Source: a virus (Duplodnaviria; Caudoviricetes). Taken from it: 64,000 nucleotides of DNA. The stretch's first letter is position 1; each line of letters begins with the position of its first letter. Shown here piece by piece: positions 30,501 through 39,800 of this stretch. The notes under the pieces were generated by a model. It was not told the DNA's origin. It saw only the letters and a program-made list of their open reading frames with translations, and searched no databases. Location: positions 7,727-71,726 of the IMG/VR virus record IMGVR_UViG_3300035510_000379; one strand, 5' to 3'. The translations under genes and the position numbers were made by a program.

Positions 30501-33500
30501 CAAAAAAAAGGGTACATTAAAACTCCTTGGATTGCGATAAACGGATTAAATCCTAACATAGATTCTTCTGTATCTCCAGAGCAAAAAACAGAAACAGTAA
30601 ATAAAATAATAAATACGGTCGCAGGAAACATACCTAGAGTAGATAACACGACCGCTTTCTTTAAGAAATTAAATCCTGAATCCACTCCCCAAGATTATAT
30701 TGACAATAAAGACGCGGTAGAAAATTTAGTAGACCAAGCATTAGATATTTTATCAGCCGATGGAAGAAAAGTAAGAAAACTTGGCAAAGATGCCTTAATG
30801 AATACATACGGCTATAATGAACATACAGCTAATATTATTTTGCAAAATGCAGCAACAAGAGAAAAAGATACACAAAAATTATTAACTGAATTATTTACCT
30901 CGTTAGCAGGCAACGGATTTCAGATAAGCGTTAATAATCAAGCAGGCAAAATCGGCATACTAAATTCAAAAGACGAAATATTAGATATTACAAATAACTT
31001 GCCTATTGATGTATTCAATGAAAAATTCGGCTCTTTATATACGAGAATAGGTAAGCAGACAATGGCATCGCCGTTAGCCATTTTACGAAATAAAGAAAAG
31101 CATTTAATTCTTGGCACAAATATTTTAAAAGCATTACAGAATAATAAGCATTACCTTAAAAGACAGCGCGACCTTTTAGATACTGACGATGATGCTTTTT
31201 TAGGAGCGCAGTTATTCTTTAAAAATATGCGTGAAGATATGGCTGTATATGCAACTAACAGCATGGACGCAAAAGAATCTAAGCTAACAAGAATGTTAGA
31301 TATAAGCGATTTTCTTGAAAACATCGGCGAGTACGCAATAAACAGCAGTCAAAACGGATATTTTAGAAAAGGATACGAAAACGATTATAAAGAATTTGCT
31401 GATTTATTAAATAAAGCCGCAAATGAATACCATACTGACGGAAAAGTTTCTAAAAAGACGGAAAAGACTATAACTGAATACGTTAAAATGAGTCCTCAAA
31501 TATTTATGGATTCGCTTAACATTGAAAATGAAGATATAAAAAGAGAAGAAAGACAATTTTTAGAAGAAGCGGTAAAGCGCGCAAATATGCGCACAAAGGT
31601 AGTTAAAAATCCGTATGTTTCAATATCTGACGAAATTACATCTCCATTTGCCCAGTATGGTTTAGATAAACGCGGCGTATACGGCGTAGCTGACGCAGCT
31701 TTAGAATTTGATAAAACAGCTTATGATAACGGATATGTACCAGAAGGATTAGAATTTGGTACAGGAATAAATACAGCGCAAGGATATGCTTACGAAAGCC
31801 CTAAAACGGCTAATGCTAAAACAGCAAATAGGGCAGCTAGAATTAATAGACTAAGTATGTCAACGGCTTCTTTCATAAAGATAATGTCCAGTGATGAGGG
31901 ACAGACTTATCTTCGTTCAGCGGTCAATAATGACGAAGCAGCTTTCGGCAGAATAGTAAGCCGTATCGAATCTGTATTCTTAGAAGAAAATGGCGGTATA
32001 GTATCTCCTAGATTATTGGCTCTCGCTCCAAGCAGCTCTACTAAAAAATATGATTTTGACAAATTAAATATAGATGGCAAAGTACATGGCGCAGCAGGAG
32101 AATTATATGATGATTTTTTAACAAACATCGTTAATTCAATTAGAATAAATAGGAATGCCAACAAATTAATGCTCGACACATCTAATATAAAAATACCCAA
32201 AGATGTGTACGTTAGCGAAGGGCAGCTTATTGGTACAGGTCTTAACTTTGCTATGAGCGAAGAAACTACTAAAGCAGTCCGTGAAGGTATGCTTGGTATG
32301 AAGTTTGTCGATAAAAAGACAAAAGAGGTAGTTGACAATGCCGTTATTCAAAATAGAATAACAGAAGCACTATTAGAGAAAAGCAGCAGCGAAATAAAAG
32401 ACGCTGTAACTAAATTAATAGCAGGCATAGGCGACCAAGAACATATCTTTGCTCAAGTAAATGAACAGATTAAACAGGTCATTAACGATAACTTTAGAAT
32501 ACAATTCCATTTAAAAGAAATTGACGCGCAAGGTATGCGTAAGATGGTAGAGGCTTCTGAAAAAATAGAAGCCAACGCTATATTGGGCGGCATTGGTGAT
32601 TTTGATTCTAAAATAGCAAACGTCTTTAAAAAAGGTCCGAACGCTGTTAAAGATATGCTTGGCAAACAATATACGGCAAACTTTTTATCAAGCGCAGGAG
32701 ATTTTGAAGGAGATTTCTGGACTAAGATAGAAAGCCAGACTTCCGAAAAAGATTTTGACAAATTTGTCCGCAGTATTTATAAAAACTTTGGCGGTAAGAA
32801 AAAAGGCTTAAATAATTTTGCACAAGCATTACTCAATGAACAGGAATTAGCATATAAAGCTGTAACAGGATTATTGGAAGAACAAGGCTTTATTGAAAAA
32901 GATAAGCCAGTTCATTTAATTTCTAATTTATTGCCGTACAGATTAAAGCATGGCGAAGCAAGCGGCATACTATACACCACGTTTTTAAATGCTTTAGAAA
33001 AGCATAAAGAAGATGGCGGCACTGTTAAAGGCTTTGTTAAAGAAGTGAATAATTCTGGCATATTCTCGGCAAAAGACGCACTTAAAGCACTCGATAACGG
33101 CAATATATTAATAACAGACAGCGGTGAACAAGCCAGTGTAAATATAGATAATTTAAATAAATTTATCACGAAATATGGCTTGCAAGATTTAGCTAAAGAA
33201 AAAGACGGCATTATGTACGAAAATGCTAGAACCATGGTTAGCATCGCGCATGATGAAAACAGATTAGGCGATAAATTTAAGTACACTTGGCGTTTGCATA
33301 ATAACTTAATACAGCAAAAATATAATGACGATGTATTACAAAATGTATCCGATAAATTAACTAAAGCGTTTGGCGAAGAAAAAGGTTCAGCTATATTTAG
33401 TGAACTTTATCAAGGTATTGCTTCATTTGACGACAATAATAAAATTGTTTTATCTGATGAATCAAAGCAAATGCCTATACATCAAGTATTAAGCGATTAT

Positions 33501-36500
33501 TTCCAAAATGCTATTAAGCAAGGTTCTGGCAATACCTTTATAGAATACGATACTAAAAAAGGCTATTATTTTACGAAAGATGAAGATGGAACAAGAACTA
33601 AGCATTATGGTATTGCTGATAATGGCAAAATGCTTATTGACGTCAACGGCACGGTAAGTAATGTTGCTAAAGGCAGAGCGTCATTTGCAGGTTTTAATGA
33701 AGAAAGCATAAATAATTTAGTAGACCATTTTAATGATTTAGGACAGTCCAATATATCGCTTGAATATGCTTTAGGAGTACATTCAGAAGCTACATATGAA
33801 GCTGCTAATAAATTTAATAAAATGAGTGCTAAACAGCAGGAAAAAGCCTTGGAGCGAATGGCAGGCGGCGACAATCCTTCATTCTCTCTTATAAATGTAA
33901 ATGACTTAGACGTTAAAGCAGGCTTTAATTTTGGTAACGAAAATTCTATTTTCGGCAAAGCCATGATTATAGACTTAGGCGAAAACGCGACAAGCGCATT
34001 ACAAGGTCAATACGTTAAAAACCAAGCAGAACAAGACGCAGCCAGAGAAGCCTTAATAGAAAAATACCAAGCGGCTTACGCGAATAAAGGATTAGACTTC
34101 GATATTGAAAATCCTCAAATAAAGCGTAAGATAGAAAATCAATTACCTATTATAGGCGAAAGCCCAAGACGATATATTGCTGTCGGTTTCGATGCCACTA
34201 AGTTTATGGACGATGAAGGCACTATTGAACTTAGAAAGCAAGTAGCGTCTGATATAACAGGTCTTGTAAATGCAGTATCGCGCTATAACGATGATGTAAT
34301 GGAGGCTGCGGGCGACCCTCTGTTAATGCCTAAAACTAATTATATAGCTAGGTCTTTGGATAAACTTGCATCTTCTGTCGCCGCAAGAGCGGAATCTAAA
34401 AAAGGCGTTGCGGCAGAGAATATGTCTGTATATCTTGATAATTCTGGACGCTTTAAAGGCGGCATTATTAGAACTTTAAGCGGCAGTGGTTTTGACAGCA
34501 GTGAAGGTTTATTAGGCAGAGCATTATACAGAGGACAAGATTTAACTACGCTTGCTAATAAAGGTCTTGAAGTAAATGCGGCTTTCGTTGGTGAAGATTT
34601 TGTCAATAGAGTATATGCGCAGGACGTAGAACAGTTAAATTCTATATTCGGCAAAAATACTATTTCATTAGATACCGTTAAAGACATATTAAAAACCGAA
34701 GGTACAAATGCTACCGCTTTACGTTATCCGGCAATATATACTGGCTCTATAACTCCTTCTAAATTATACTTGGGCGAAAATTTAGCAAGCAACCAAGCAC
34801 TGTTTACTGAATCAATGGCAAGAGCCATGAAACTGGATATGGACGGCGATACTAACTATATCCATGTAAATAAACAGTTAGCAGATGTTACAGCACCAAT
34901 ATACTCTAAAGATGGCTCTATATCATCATATAAAACCGTATCTATGAATCTTGATTTATTAACGGCTAGAGCGTTAGAGAATAACGGCAAAGGAATACAA
35001 GTACAATTTAGGGATAATGGAGAATTATTTAAAAGCATGGAAGCAGGCAGCCTTGCTCATGCAGAAGGCGGATTACAGCATTATGCAGGCGAAGTATCAA
35101 AACTCGTTGAAGATTTTTCGTTATCAGTACCGCAAAATTCTGGTTTAAGTCCAATAGACGTAACAGAAACTACTAAAGCAGGCATAGCTAAAACTGTATT
35201 CAATAACACTTTATCGCCGCAGGTATTCTCTAATCAATTATCTAACGAAGCTAACGGAAATATGTATGCTGCTTATATGGACGTAGCAAAAGACGCAGGC
35301 ATATATAACCCAGAGGAAGGAAACTTCTCGCAGCTTAGAAATGCCGAAGTCATTAAATCAAAAGGTCAAGACTATTTAGCTGAATTAATGCAAAATCCTA
35401 ACATAGATAACGCAACAAAAGAAAAAAATGCTATGCTGTTAGGATACGGCTATAACTTAGCTAGAAACGCCGAAGAAGTATCTGGTAAATTAGCAAAAGA
35501 TATAACTGGTTTAGTAAACTACAATACTAATATGGTTCGTGTTTTGGCTAATGACATGGCGGCATCAGGCTATGCGCCAGACTTTACCGAAAAAGATAAT
35601 ATTATCGTAAATAAAATAATGCAGGGTATAGATGAAAACTTCCAAGCTGCTAAGAATACTACTAAAGACGTTTCTAATGCTGAATTTAAAACGGCAGAAG
35701 ATAAAGTCGGTGAAGCTGTCGGCAATCTATTGTCCGTAAATTATCAAAATGCAAATAGCGAAAGCTACGATAAGCCTAATGATACAGCTACAATATGGAA
35801 AAGACAAAAAAGACGCGACAGGTTCTTTGATTATTTGTTTAATGATTTAAATATATTTGATACTAAAGAAATTAAACAAGCGAATAACCCAGTTATAAAT
35901 GAGTACATAAATGCTAAAAGCGAAGGGAATTTAGCTGCCGAAGAATTAGATAAATTAAGAGTAAACGCAGAGCAGGAAGTTAAAAATGCTTTTAATCATA
36001 TGCTCCCAATCAACTTTGATTTGTCGCCAAGCTATAAAAATTCCATAAGATATGCGTCAGCTACTCCAGAAAATGCGTCTAATGTAGAACCTATTGCCTT
36101 AGAAGAATTATCTGGCGATGGCGGCAAAACCGCCCAAGCAAGACATATTCAAGAAGTATCTGGTTATGCGGATAGAATAGGTCTCACATCAGAAGAAGCA
36201 CCTCATGCCAGAATGGCTAGAATGGGTACGCAGATCACAGGCGAAATAATAGACAGAGCGAAACAGTCTGCGGAAGAAGAAGCCGAAAAACAGCAAAGAA
36301 TATCTAAAGGCTATGAAAGAGCAGTCGAAGAAGAAGCACCTCGGCTTGAAACTTCATTTTCGCAGGATACTTTAAGGTCTGTCGGAAGTTCAGTCGAGCG
36401 AGCGGTAGAATCATTAAAAGGCGTTAAAAGCATAGGTGTAAAATTAGGATTAGGTTTAGCAGCAGGATTAATAGGCGCAGGCTTTGTTGGCGGCAATCCT

Positions 36501-36794
36501 TCTGAACCTGCTGACGGTATGGCAAGCGGAGTAAGTGCAGACCAAATCAGAAGCGGCAATTATGCTGTTCCTGATTACTCTGGCGGCATTAATCAAGGCG
36601 CACCAGCTGGCTACGTTATTCATGTAAACGGCAATTCAAGCCAAGGCAGAGATGCAGTACAGAACGCAGTAAACCAAGCCTTCTCACAAACTTTTAATAC
36701 GCCTAACGTCAACTTAACTATGAACATACAGAGCAGTTCAAGTAATATTTCCAATAGAGATATATTGCGACATATAAGCGATTTACTAAATTAA
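27525..36794 (+). CDS. Putative single-chain two-barrel RNA polymerase (virion-associated) with N-terminal DEDDh exonuclease domain, 3089 aa
   Basis: Beta'-like LDNSGR (34437), LRYP (34719) and KLDMDGDTNYIHV (34830); beta-like EENGGIVSPR, VYVSEGQLIG, GMRKM..EK and PVHLISN upstream; DLET/HNGIQFD/HVADQD exonuclease motifs; C-terminal hydrophobic segment. Confidence 0.75.
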   Translation: MDMNYVGNVNSSLTTLHKTLNWIMHQDNKTDTEKHTEAMVAIARPNFANLSRYAGMKGGVVSNFKKNASYDIIPEIEQKENEVKRAVYNSSSVRTMFNLLSNPAKNIAPSVQSAQDFFKKYTSAEYTIQVDINNNNAVTTKDKIISGIENIASKGYKAAFMDLETLGKGDITDFAMSVFSLDENGKLVKDENGGNINVVLGVQERNKGTYRNIIEKRFRGERLIGDEKVVFDRLALASSTKSIIDKKDGVYFYSSFADKTDADVVRPDKQRMIDALDELVNINAEYKKQSLIDFKGTKVLPIESKILQALQYVKDNDLTIAAHNGIQFDFPRFDSYFSNSENVTHNMVDLMKDLNMASQQSFDSLAMQNVLFPRSQMERYLINHEELAKNLGAHGTTLNTVTGLMLQLDTLPLNSNKSINEELLERRNSAVNIANHVADQDIQDMARAVLTHLKVNPRYEKAIDKIRNSKENTTLGIGDVFVVNNPNMIDSSGNGMITFQRDLYSGDLRLQDGFQIKNIDSQIPIDKMATPSDVQFRPFSFKKDVAYEIKSISNFELPDSALAELSRLNENLTSGKDLFSIEFQEVRQNPSNINTRSSSPIFMVGTKDDIQRRMGRYFDYAFTFKDEITKNVETGEETSKRIITNTNNASKKLRNNFPIRSNPEGNYSYDVEGLINLSETVSNEKSAIRWIGEHDSFSKAKKIMTLIDSINEEVAQRKTLPEGNPLLERANINNVLDDLINVSNSQGFAIDKRAVGFLSNNFKPITKPDGTLDYKDAQNFLFNLFKYRTANGTTLTSNTIDSVAENVSYYNKMAHIVNPVLKKAQEMAANVGAENNTNVLNYYYKNLMTQVMSALSSDDRVIRVKQEPITQAQRNTAYFDMTNVYNRNHKFKIQASNDMQKRVLGINLDTNSNQFFGSELADIYGLDKDSAKDRVKAIKLFAREYSFESLGDLKTNEHQSEEYLSGLIRRELLFIRNEKPNAFFDYDLATRMQKKGYIKTPWIAINGLNPNIDSSVSPEQKTETVNKIINTVAGNIPRVDNTTAFFKKLNPESTPQDYIDNKDAVENLVDQALDILSADGRKVRKLGKDALMNTYGYNEHTANIILQNAATREKDTQKLLTELFTSLAGNGFQISVNNQAGKIGILNSKDEILDITNNLPIDVFNEKFGSLYTRIGKQTMASPLAILRNKEKHLILGTNILKALQNNKHYLKRQRDLLDTDDDAFLGAQLFFKNMREDMAVYATNSMDAKESKLTRMLDISDFLENIGEYAINSSQNGYFRKGYENDYKEFADLLNKAANEYHTDGKVSKKTEKTITEYVKMSPQIFMDSLNIENEDIKREERQFLEEAVKRANMRTKVVKNPYVSISDEITSPFAQYGLDKRGVYGVADAALEFDKTAYDNGYVPEGLEFGTGINTAQGYAYESPKTANAKTANRAARINRLSMSTASFIKIMSSDEGQTYLRSAVNNDEAAFGRIVSRIESVFLEENGGIVSPRLLALAPSSSTKKYDFDKLNIDGKVHGAAGELYDDFLTNIVNSIRINRNANKLMLDTSNIKIPKDVYVSEGQLIGTGLNFAMSEETTKAVREGMLGMKFVDKKTKEVVDNAVIQNRITEALLEKSSSEIKDAVTKLIAGIGDQEHIFAQVNEQIKQVINDNFRIQFHLKEIDAQGMRKMVEASEKIEANAILGGIGDFDSKIANVFKKGPNAVKDMLGKQYTANFLSSAGDFEGDFWTKIESQTSEKDFDKFVRSIYKNFGGKKKGLNNFAQALLNEQELAYKAVTGLLEEQGFIEKDKPVHLISNLLPYRLKHGEASGILYTTFLNALEKHKEDGGTVKGFVKEVNNSGIFSAKDALKALDNGNILITDSGEQASVNIDNLNKFITKYGLQDLAKEKDGIMYENARTMVSIAHDENRLGDKFKYTWRLHNNLIQQKYNDDVLQNVSDKLTKAFGEEKGSAIFSELYQGIASFDDNNKIVLSDESKQMPIHQVLSDYFQNAIKQGSGNTFIEYDTKKGYYFTKDEDGTRTKHYGIADNGKMLIDVNGTVSNVAKGRASFAGFNEESINNLVDHFNDLGQSNISLEYALGVHSEATYEAANKFNKMSAKQQEKALERMAGGDNPSFSLINVNDLDVKAGFNFGNENSIFGKAMIIDLGENATSALQGQYVKNQAEQDAAREALIEKYQAAYANKGLDFDIENPQIKRKIENQLPIIGESPRRYIAVGFDATKFMDDEGTIELRKQVASDITGLVNAVSRYNDDVMEAAGDPLLMPKTNYIARSLDKLASSVAARAESKKGVAAENMSVYLDNSGRFKGGIIRTLSGSGFDSSEGLLGRALYRGQDLTTLANKGLEVNAAFVGEDFVNRVYAQDVEQLNSIFGKNTISLDTVKDILKTEGTNATALRYPAIYTGSITPSKLYLGENLASNQALFTESMARAMKLDMDGDTNYIHVNKQLADVTAPIYSKDGSISSYKTVSMNLDLLTARALENNGKGIQVQFRDNGELFKSMEAGSLAHAEGGLQHYAGEVSKLVEDFSLSVPQNSGLSPIDVTETTKAGIAKTVFNNTLSPQVFSNQLSNEANGNMYAAYMDVAKDAGIYNPEEGNFSQLRNAEVIKSKGQDYLAELMQNPNIDNATKEKNAMLLGYGYNLARNAEEVSGKLAKDITGLVNYNTNMVRVLANDMAASGYAPDFTEKDNIIVNKIMQGIDENFQAAKNTTKDVSNAEFKTAEDKVGEAVGNLLSVNYQNANSESYDKPNDTATIWKRQKRRDRFFDYLFNDLNIFDTKEIKQANNPVINEYINAKSEGNLAAEELDKLRVNAEQEVKNAFNHMLPINFDLSPSYKNSIRYASATPENASNVEPIALEELSGDGGKTAQARHIQEVSGYADRIGLTSEEAPHARMARMGTQITGEIIDRAKQSAEEEAEKQQRISKGYERAVEEEAPRLETSFSQDTLRSVGSSVERAVESLKGVKSIGVKLGLGLAAGLIGAGFVGGNPSEPADGMASGVSADQIRSGNYAVPDYSGGINQGAPAGYVIHVNGNSSQGRDAVQNAVNQAFSQTFNTPNVNLTMNIQSSSSNISNRDILRHISDLLN

Positions 36795-36805
36795 AAGAAA
36801 ATTAT

Positions 36806-36846
36806 AACGGCAAGAAACGAGCAATATTCTCATCTTGCCGTTTTTT
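36806..36846 (+). terminator. Intrinsic terminator after the polymerase-like gene
   Basis: aacggcaaga (36806-36815)/tcttgccgtt (36833-36842) followed by a T tract. Confidence 0.7.
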
Positions 36847-36885
36847 ACTTATATTTTTTATTTTTCGAGAAAGAGAGAACACTGA

Positions 36886-39800
36886 ATGAGCGAAGTTGTA
36901 AATTCTACAAGCGTCCTGCCAGATATGAGCGATTTTTATTATGACGCACAGGACGGCTATCAATTCGTTAAAACAGATAAAATATTTAAGACAACCGATA
37001 TAGCAAGTGCCGCAGACGGCAAATTTTATACGGAAGAACCGCCAGACTTAGGCTATAATTCTCAATATAAAGTCGTATGTGTTCAATATTATAAAAGTAA
37101 TGACGGAATAGGCTCTTATGACGAACAGTTTATTGACGGCATGAAAGTAGTCGATGGCGACACTATTTATTTTAATGTCGATAATTTTAAATATGGCGAT
37201 GATGAATCTAAAAAATATATAGAAGAAATAACACAGGCTAATTTAAAAACGGCAAATGACGCATTAGGGAGTAATCCAGATTGCCATGCAGGCGTACTCA
37301 TAACACGCTTGGCTTTTATAAATGCCGCCGAATTGCCGCATTTTGATGCTGTCGGCACAAGAGATAGTTTTAGCAGCGATATAGATATTAAAACATTAAG
37401 CTATTCAGACGTAGCTAAAAGCGGCGATTATATCTATTCTAACTATAAATCATTTATGAGCACTGATAGTTCAGCTAAAATACCTACGAATTTTACTGAC
37501 AAAAGCAGTATGAATAGTTATGACACTAAATATAAAGATACCGATACGCTTTCTTTCGTGAATGTAGGCAACAAAAAACTTCGCCAGTGCTTTACGAAAA
37601 ACGGCAATTTATATCTTTTAACTACGCAGGACGAATCACAGCCTGCAACTATTGCTGACGCAGGATTAGCCCGTGATTTAGTAGTCAGTGCATTACATCA
37701 AGCTACTGAAATAAGAATAGCGATTAACCTTTCTACTTTAGCAAAGTCTGCTGACATGGCAGAAAAAGTAGCTGAATATAAAGACAGTGATAATATCTTA
37801 ACAGCTATTACAAAATTGTATAAAGGCTTTAATGGCGATTTGCCGCGCTTTTTAAGCGTAGGTTTTAATGCTTTAGGCTTAGATGCGTATGGTCGTGCAG
37901 TGTGTGTAGTATATTGCAAAGTGGGCGGCATATGGATTAATATCAATAAATTGGTTATATGCAAAACACCTAAATCAACGCAAAATACCGATTTTACCAT
38001 GAGCGATATGTTTGACCCGTCAAGCTATCAATATGCTGACAAAGTATATGCAGATAACGTATATTCAGCAACAGCAAAAAATGACGACAGGTTAGTAGTT
38101 CATGGTAAAATATCTAAATTAGCCTCTATTGAAGCCATGACTAATTGGAGCGTATTGCTAGGCGATATTTTATTATTAGTTCCTCCAACGAGCATTAATA
38201 AAGTAAACATGACTAAATCGGAATACTTGCAGCCAATGCGCGCGAGAGGAAAGATGTTTAAAAACTCATGCAAGACGCAGGAATTAATCGAAATGGAATT
38301 ATATTTCTGCGGCGATACTGGGATTAACGGCACTCCATATGAAGTTACTCTAAACGGCAAAAAACTGACTTATTATTTAGACGGCTTGCGCAGTCTAATA
38401 GCACAATTTAAAGTATGCCCATTTTTGCCTATCCAAAATGAATTTATAAATGACGTTTTGCATATACAGGCTGTTACCTTATCTTCGATAAATATAAGCA
38501 CAGTGCCTATGTACCCAAAGCTGTTAAAAGTAAATCTGCAATTATCTGACTTTGATTATAGAGTATATATGCCTGAAATTCCTTTAGAAGAAGATGGATT
38601 AAGCGACAAGAATTATTTTGCTGAACAAATATATTATCCTTTAATGCGTTATTATTATCAGCGTATGATAATGGACGGAGAACGCATTAAAGATTTAGAA
38701 TTTAATTCTAAGGAATATATAAATAAGGCATCTGAAACGCATGATTATTACGTTAAAACGTGCTTAGAGCCAATGAAGTTTAAAGATTCGACAGTGCGTT
38801 TTTACGTTCCAAATAAAGAAGCACTGGACATTAAAAAGCAAAAAAAAGTTCAGCAGTTGCAAGACAGTACCACTATGACCTTCGACAATACGGACAAAGA
38901 GTTAGTCGGAGAATTTAATAAAATAACGACAGCTTTAGATTCGTTTAAAAATAGCGATGAATGTAAAGCACTCGACACTTATAACAAAGATTCCAACACA
39001 GATTATGAATTTTACACAGGCGGAACACCAGTTTTGGATTATTTAGACGAAGCAATTTCATATGCTTCAGGTGGTTGTTATTTGTATATTGTAAACAGAG
39101 AAAGCAAGCAAATTGTTGCAGTTAATTGTGATAACAGAATTGACGCCGCTGTTGAAAAAGTTAAAAGCGAAATGCAAAATGCGACAACAAAAAGCGGTTC
39201 ACCGTTATGCGAATGTATAGGCACAACTCCGCTAACGTCAGTAATATCGTCTGATGGATCGTATGTTACGGTAGGTCGTACAGTAATGTTTAAGATAAAC
39301 ATAGATACTGTCGGAAAAGAAACTTCATATAAAAAATTAAAAGATACAGCAGCAACAAGCAATAGCGGAACTATAACGGCAGACGAAATTTTTAAAGACA
39401 ATAAAATATCTTATCGAATTTATATAACATTATACAGGAACGGCGACTATGGTTTAGGGCTGGCAGTCTACGCTTTGCAGTGCGGTACGGATAATGCTTG
39501 GAGTTATGAGGTTGAAACGGAATCGACAAAAAACTTTTTGCAATATTGCTCCGCTTTAGGCAATAAAAGCGAATTAAATCAAGACTTAACAAATAAAAAT
39601 GTATCGGCTACTGTCGACTGGGAAACAAATGACGGTATAGAATACGATTTATATAATGACGGCTCAAACTTAGTAGTTACTAACTGTACTATGAGTATGT
39701 CTAATACTTTTACGAATATTACCTTACAATCGACAAATGGTATTGCTCCTCAATTTATGGGCGGTTCAGAAGTAGCTATTAATATGACAATAACTACATG

